Shown here: piece by piece, positions 15,646 through 20,000 of the stretch
Layout: each line of letters starts with the position of its first letter
How positions within the stretch are numbered: the first letter of the stretch is position 1
Assembly (NCBI GenBank): GCA_037305845.1
Contig: CP147778.1
Coordinates: 1,418,138-1,438,137 of the forward strand
Reading direction: 5' to 3'
Source of the DNA: Candidatus Freyarchaeum deiterrae
GTDB taxonomy: Archaea; Asgardarchaeota; Jordiarchaeia; Jordiarchaeales; Jordiarchaeaceae
Length of the DNA stretch: 20,000 nucleotides
Translations under genes and position numbers: made by a program
The notes under the pieces: model-generated
Databases searched by the model: none
Seen by the model: the letters and a program-made list of their open reading frames with translations, nothing else
What the model was told of the DNA's origin: nothing

Positions 15646-15778
15646 ATGGTGGAATACTATTGTAAGGTGGTTTGGATTTGGTGATGCCCTGCCAATATCT
15701 AATGACTGGACTTGGATGTGGTGGTTCGGTGATGCCCTGCCAAACATGCTTTTAAGTCTACACCATATTGCTTTTTTT
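15646..15778 (+). ncRNA. Candidate small RNA with two identical-loop hairpins (H/ACA-like second half)
   Basis: ATGGTG (15646-15651) pairs with CACCAT (15761-15766), followed by a T-run at 15772-15778. The 16-nt direct repeat GGTGATGCCCTGCCAA occurs at 15680-15695 and 15728-15743, each forming a short stem with loop TGATGCCCTG. Lower stem GGACTT/AAGTCT (15708-15713/15754-15759) is directly followed by ACA. Confidence 0.4.
15680..15743 (+). repeat. Two direct copies of GGTGATGCCCTGCCAA
   Basis: Exact 16-nt copies at 15680-15695 and 15728-15743, 48 nt apart. Confidence 0.95.
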
Positions 15779-15913
15779 AGTTTGAATTCGATTTTCAGAG
15801 AGTGCAAAATTAAAATGCTGCTTTTAGAGGGAATGAACTGTGAATGCAGATGAGGGTATAGTAGTTAAATTTGGAGTTTGTGTCTGAATTAAAAAGAAAC
15901 TGGAGGTTAAAGA

Positions 15914-16990
15914 TTGAAGAAGATAGACGTGTCAATTTTGGGTTGCACCGGTACGGTCGGTCAAAGATTAATAGAGATGCTTTCTAACCATCCCTGGTTC
16001 AACATTGTCTCTATCGCGGCTTCGGAGAGATCATCTGGTAAAACTTACAGAGATGCTGCGGTAAACTGGTATTTGCCAGAGGATATTCCTAAAGATTTGG
16101 GAGATATGATGGTGGTTAATACTGATCCAAGTGAGGCCGCAGCTCCTCTTGTTATTTCTGCTCTGCCTTCGGATGTAGCTAAAGACGTGGAAAGGAAATT
16201 CGCTGAGTCGGGTTGTGTGGTTGAGAGTAAGGCTAGTGCCTATAGGATGGAAAAGGACGTCCCCCTGATTATCCCTGAGGTAAACCCGGATCATGTTAAA
16301 CTATTAGACGTTCAAAAAGAGAATCGGGAATGGGACGGATGCATAGTTACCGATCCCAATTGTACGGCTATGGGTTTGATTATGGTTCTCAAGCCCATTC
16401 ACGACCGTTTCAAACTTGATACAGTATACGTAAGCACGATGCAAGCTATTTCTGGAGCGGGTCTTCCCGGTGTACCCGGACTACTGATCACTGATAACGT
16501 GATACCGTTCATTAAAGACGAAGAGCAAAAAGTGATGAATGAAACTCGTAAAGTTTTAGGCAAAATTGAGAATAAGCAGGTTAAGTTAGCAGATTTCAAA
16601 ATAGCGGCTTCATGTAACAGAGTCCCAGTGGTTGAGGGACACACTGAAACCGTTTTCATTAAAACCAAAGAACCCGCGAACGTTGAAGAAGTTAAAAAAT
16701 TGCTCAGAGAGTTTAAAGGCGAACCCGCAAAACTGGGTTTACCTAATGCGCCCAAAAACCCGATAATAGTTAGAGATGAAATAGATAGACCTCAGCCACG
16801 TTTAGACCGTGATGCAGGCACTGTTCCAGGGATGAGCGTGACTGTTGGAAGAATAAGACCGGGTTTCGACGAGAATTCATTACTCTTGACGCTTGTTAGT
16901 CACAATACCATTAGAGGCGCGGCGGGAAACGCGGTGCTTAACGCGGAACTCCTTTACGCGAAAAATCTTCTGGGAGGCTCAAGAAATTGA
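15914..16990 (+). CDS. asd: Aspartate-semialdehyde dehydrogenase
   Basis: [32 protein letters not shown] and [10 protein letters not shown]. Confidence 0.95.
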   Translation: MKKIDVSILGCTGTVGQRLIEMLSNHPWFNIVSIAASERSSGKTYRDAAVNWYLPEDIPKDLGDMMVVNTDPSEAAAPLVISALPSDVAKDVERKFAESGCVVESKASAYRMEKDVPLIIPEVNPDHVKLLDVQKENREWDGCIVTDPNCTAMGLIMVLKPIHDRFKLDTVYVSTMQAISGAGLPGVPGLLITDNVIPFIKDEEQKVMNETRKVLGKIENKQVKLADFKIAASCNRVPVVEGHTETVFIKTKEPANVEEVKKLLREFKGEPAKLGLPNAPKNPIIVRDEIDRPQPRLDRDAGTVPGMSVTVGRIRPGFDENSLLLTLVSHNTIRGAAGNAVLNAELLYAKNLLGGSRN

Positions 16991-17769
16991 GAGGAAAAGA
17001 AGTTAGGTTGAAACGAATAATAAAAAACGGCAAATCTGTTGTAGTTCCCATGGATCATGGAGTTACTAATGGTCCCATAAAGGGTTTAGAGAACATAAGG
17101 GAAATGGTTGAACTGGTTACACGAGGTGGAGCAACTGCAGTTTTACTTCACAAGGGTATACTAAGACAGCTAGAAAAGGTACCAGACTGCGGATTAATAA
17201 TGCATCTCTCAGGAAGCACCGCTTTAGGCCCAGATCCCAATTGGAAAGTTATTGTTGGAACGGTAGAAGAAGCAGTTAAACTGGGTGTGGATGCGGTTTC
17301 CGTACACATTAACGTAGGTAGCGAAAAAGAAAATGAAATGTTAAGGGACCTCGGTCATATATCAGAAGACTGCGAGAATTGGGGAATGCCTCTAATCGCT
17401 ATGATGTATCCCCGTGGAAAAAACATCGATGCGTTGGATCCCAAAGCAATTGCTCATATTTCAAGACTAGGTGCAGAACTCGGAGCAGACATAATAAAAA
17501 CTCCATTTACTGGAAACGTCAGCACTTTCGAGAAAGTGGTTGAGGGGTGTCCGGTGCCCATTATTATTGCTGGAGGTCCTAAGACAGAGACAGACCGCGA
17601 AGCTTTACAGATGGTTAAAGATTCTATGGATGCAGGAGCCGTAGGTGTGGCGATGGGAAGAAACGCGTTTCAACATGAAAAACCAATGGCTATTGTGAGG
17701 GCAGTTTCAGAAATAGTGAAAAATGGAATTTCCGTTGAGGAAGCCTTAGAAATTTTGGAGTCTACATAG
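16987..17769 (+). CDS. 2-amino-3,7-dideoxy-D-threo-hept-6-ulosonate synthase (ADH synthase, AroA')
   Basis: FBA class I-like: [46 protein letters not shown]. Overlaps the asd stop by 4 nt. Confidence 0.93.
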   Translation: MRGKEVRLKRIIKNGKSVVVPMDHGVTNGPIKGLENIREMVELVTRGGATAVLLHKGILRQLEKVPDCGLIMHLSGSTALGPDPNWKVIVGTVEEAVKLGVDAVSVHINVGSEKENEMLRDLGHISEDCENWGMPLIAMMYPRGKNIDALDPKAIAHISRLGAELGADIIKTPFTGNVSTFEKVVEGCPVPIIIAGGPKTETDREALQMVKDSMDAGAVGVAMGRNAFQHEKPMAIVRAVSEIVKNGISVEEALEILEST

Positions 17770-17771
17770 CA

Positions 17772-18854
17772 ATGAAGAGAATAATAATAAGTTTAAAGGA
17801 TAATTGGGAAGAAGCAAAGGAGTTAGCGGTAACCTCAATGACTTGTGGAATAAACACTTTCATAGCGGATGAATCAATCATACCTCAACTCAGGGAATTA
17901 GGCTCTGTGACCGTTTTCTCTTTTTCAAAGAATGCTAAACCCGATGTGCTACTTACCACCGAAATAAGCCCTGAAAAAATTTCCAAAGTTATGGAATATG
18001 AAAAAAGCGTCTCATGCTGGGTAAAAATTAAAACAAAGAAGGACGAGCAAACGGTGTTAGAACTCTCAAAAAGAGGTGTTCCATACATTATTGTAGAAGC
18101 TGAGGATTGGAAGATAATACCCCTAGAAAACTTGATAGCAGAACTTCACAAATCTGAAACAGAATTATACGCTGAAGCGGAAAGTAGCGAGGAAGTGAAG
18201 ACCCTCTTTCAAACTCTAGAACTTGGTGTAGATGGAGTAGTTTTTACACCACAAACGGCAAGTGAAATATCTGAACTAGGGAAAATAATTGAGATGCCTA
18301 CAAAACTTGATTTGGTTCCAGCAAGAGTCATCGAAGTAAGTGAAGTGGGTTCGGGAGATCGGGTCTGCATAGATACCTGTTCACTCCTAAGGAAAGGCGA
18401 AGGGATGCTAGTAGGCAGTCAATCACAGGGGTTGTTTCTTATCCATAGTGAAACCCTTGAAACAGAATTTGCCTCCTCCAGACCATTCAGAGTAAACGCG
18501 GGAGCTGTCCACGCTTATGTATTGATGGTGGACAGGAAAACAAAATATCTCTCGGAGCTGGAGGCCGGAGATAATGTACTTGCAGTTGATTATCTGGGTG
18601 TTTGCAGAGAAGTCGTAGTTGGTCGTGTAAAAATAGAAAAAAGGCCTTTACTTCTCATAAAGGCAAAAATAGATGAGGGAAAAATAGTCCTAAAAACTTT
18701 GGTTCAAAACGCTGAAACGGTGAATATAGTAAACAAGGAGGGAAAGCCAGTTTCAGTAGCGAAGTTGAAACCAGGAGACGAAATACTAGTTTATACTATT
18801 ACTGGTGGTCGACATTTTGGAAAAACCGTGGAGGAAACAATAATAGAACGATAA
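17772..18854 (+). CDS. 3-dehydroquinate synthase II (archaeal AroB')
   Basis: LELGVDGVVFTP, GDRVCIDTCSLLRKGEGMLVGSQSQGLFLIHSET and FRVNAGAVHAYV. Confidence 0.94.
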   Translation: MKRIIISLKDNWEEAKELAVTSMTCGINTFIADESIIPQLRELGSVTVFSFSKNAKPDVLLTTEISPEKISKVMEYEKSVSCWVKIKTKKDEQTVLELSKRGVPYIIVEAEDWKIIPLENLIAELHKSETELYAEAESSEEVKTLFQTLELGVDGVVFTPQTASEISELGKIIEMPTKLDLVPARVIEVSEVGSGDRVCIDTCSLLRKGEGMLVGSQSQGLFLIHSETLETEFASSRPFRVNAGAVHAYVLMVDRKTKYLSELEAGDNVLAVDYLGVCREVVVGRVKIEKRPLLLIKAKIDEGKIVLKTLVQNAETVNIVNKEGKPVSVAKLKPGDEILVYTITGGRHFGKTVEETIIER

Positions 18855-18903
18855 AAGTTGACTAAAGGTAAAGAGTTACCCAGATCTTTTAAGTTAAGAG
18901 TTA

Positions 18904-19392
18904 TTATCTTTTGTCTTTAAGGTTCAATATAATAGGTTTAAGTTCAAGTTTTTTGTATGCTTCTTTAATGAACTCTAAATTTTCACTGGGTTTTTTGCCT
19001 AGGTAAAGTAAATGGCTCACGCAGTCTCTTTCGCAGTCACTGGCACCAAATTTTCTGCATACCACTTTTGCATTTTCTTTAAGCTCTCTCACCACATCAT
19101 GCTCCTTATTTTCAGCAGCTTTCGCAAAAACTACACCTAAAACTTTGGAGAACTCATGTGAGAGGAGGTAGTCAATATGCCAGAATTTCTTCTTTTTATT
19201 AGAAAGATGCCTCGTTATTCTACCCATTAGACCGCTAGCGCCCTTTCCCATAGCGGAACCGGTGTATACATAAAATCCAGCGGGAAAGGTAATTTTCCCA
19301 AGTTTACCTATCTGAATCAGCGTCTCAGTCTCAAGCTCTATTAGTAGGGAGTAAACACCTTTCTGGTCAGCTCTAGTAAACATTGTTGTCAC
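18904..19392 (-). CDS. DUF123 GIY-YIG-like nuclease family protein
   Basis: GVYSLLIELE...FPAGFYVYTGSAMGKGASGLMGRITRHL...KFWHIDYLL...SDCERDCVSHLLYLG. Confidence 0.85.
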   Translation of the reverse strand: MTTMFTRADQKGVYSLLIELETETLIQIGKLGKITFPAGFYVYTGSAMGKGASGLMGRITRHLSNKKKKFWHIDYLLSHEFSKVLGVVFAKAAENKEHDVVRELKENAKVVCRKFGASDCERDCVSHLLYLGKKPSENLEFIKEAYKKLELKPIILNLKDKR

Positions 19393-19741
19393 TAATCTTT
19401 AATTAATAGGAGAAGAGGGAGTATTTTGAAGCGTGTTGAGAGATTTCCCGTCTCAGCGTAACTATAATCAATCATCCCTAAAGGTCATTCTTGCCGGTTT
19501 GCTTCATCGATTTCGGGTATTCTCAAAATTACTGTTTTTTCTATAATAGAGTATCTTAAAGCTGATTAAATCTTTTCTGACTAGGATTCAATTTGGTAAA
19601 CAGTTTTTTATGAAAAATATTTAACGGGGTTCAGTCTTTAAAGTTAGATATAACTTCTGATTTCTCTATTTTTTTGTAAAACTTTAAATGTTTTAATGTT
19701 CTTATTCTTAACTTAGCAGAAGTTTTTTAGGAGATATTGGG

Positions 19742-20000
19742 ATGCAAAAGGAAAATCGTTCTGGAGCAAATAACACAGAATCTGCTAGTTTCTTCTCTAT
19801 TGACCTGCTACGTAGAGGTCTTAGTAGTTTAGAGTCTAATGTGGAAGATGTTAGACTCGGATTGGACGCCTCCATTTCGGGTAGTTTGGAAAATTTGAAA
19901 GAGAATGTTCTCAATATGGGAGACGAAGTGAGTCAACGTGTTGTTTCCAAGATTCATATTCAATTTGCTTCAGAACTAATTAAGAACACCTTTGTTGACA
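19742..20000 (+). CDS. Hypothetical protein, 3'-truncated by window end
   Basis: ATG 19742 after a GGAG-like site, open to the window edge: MQKENRSGANNTESASFFSIDLLRRGLSSLESNVEDVRLGLDASISGSLENLKENVLNMGDEVSQRVV... Confidence 0.55.
   Translation, partial: MQKENRSGANNTESASFFSIDLLRRGLSSLESNVEDVRLGLDASISGSLENLKENVLNMGDEVSQRVVSKIHIQFASELIKNTFVD

Noticed and set aside
16031-18088. Minus-strand ORFs opposite asd and DHQ synthase II
   Set aside because: Shadow ORFs; sense frames contain clear family motifs.
19708-19914. 68-aa minus ORF at the window end
   Set aside because: A plus-strand ORF with a ribosome-binding-like site starts at 19742 and remains open to the edge, and is more plausible.
1-20000. 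CRISPR arrays, transposons, integrases, phage genes or toxin-antitoxin pairs
   Set aside because: No regularly spaced repeats, transposase/integrase motifs, terminal inverted repeats or paired TA genes were recognised. The only clear long direct repeat is the two-copy 16-mer at 15680/15728.

Overview
The window is ordinary archaeal chromosome, probably TACK/Bathyarchaeia-like. That placement is inferred from gene content, intact fused RpoB, L35Ae, the archaeal shikimate entry genes and BHB-type tRNA introns. Its coding genes are mostly housekeeping: cobO, CooC-like ATPase, Ogg-type glycosylase, L23, COG2106 SPOUT protein, rpoB, Lrp, PIN, GPN GTPase, L35Ae, asd / ADH synthase / DHQ synthase II, and a DUF123 GIY-YIG protein. 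The exciting part is an RNA-gene cluster at about 7.9-9.4 kb. (1) The minus strand 8552-8408 carries what looks like a circularly permuted 5S rRNA gene. The 3' portion (AGUUAAGC...GCUGGCGCC) precedes the 5' portion (GGUGCCGGUCAUAG...CCGAACACGGA), and the native ends are fused by a CUCG tetraloop. The gene is flanked by a bulge-helix-bulge motif. Predicted splicing-endonuclease cuts and ligation would give a 122-nt circle and exactly restore the canonical CCGAACACGG-AAGUUAAGC sequence. A TATA box and an oligo-T terminator fit this small transcript. (2) Next to it are tRNA-Asp(GTC) with two noncanonical BHB introns and tRNA-Lys(TTT) with three noncanonical BHB introns. The Lys gene looks like tRNA-Arg(TCG) if misread. 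(3) There are two candidate unassigned structured RNAs: a roughly 215-nt closed structure at 7943-8157, and a tandem-hairpin, H/ACA-like element upstream of asd at 15646-15778. Other notes are dispersal of ribosomal/RNAP operons and an abrupt codon-usage discontinuity inside rpoB.
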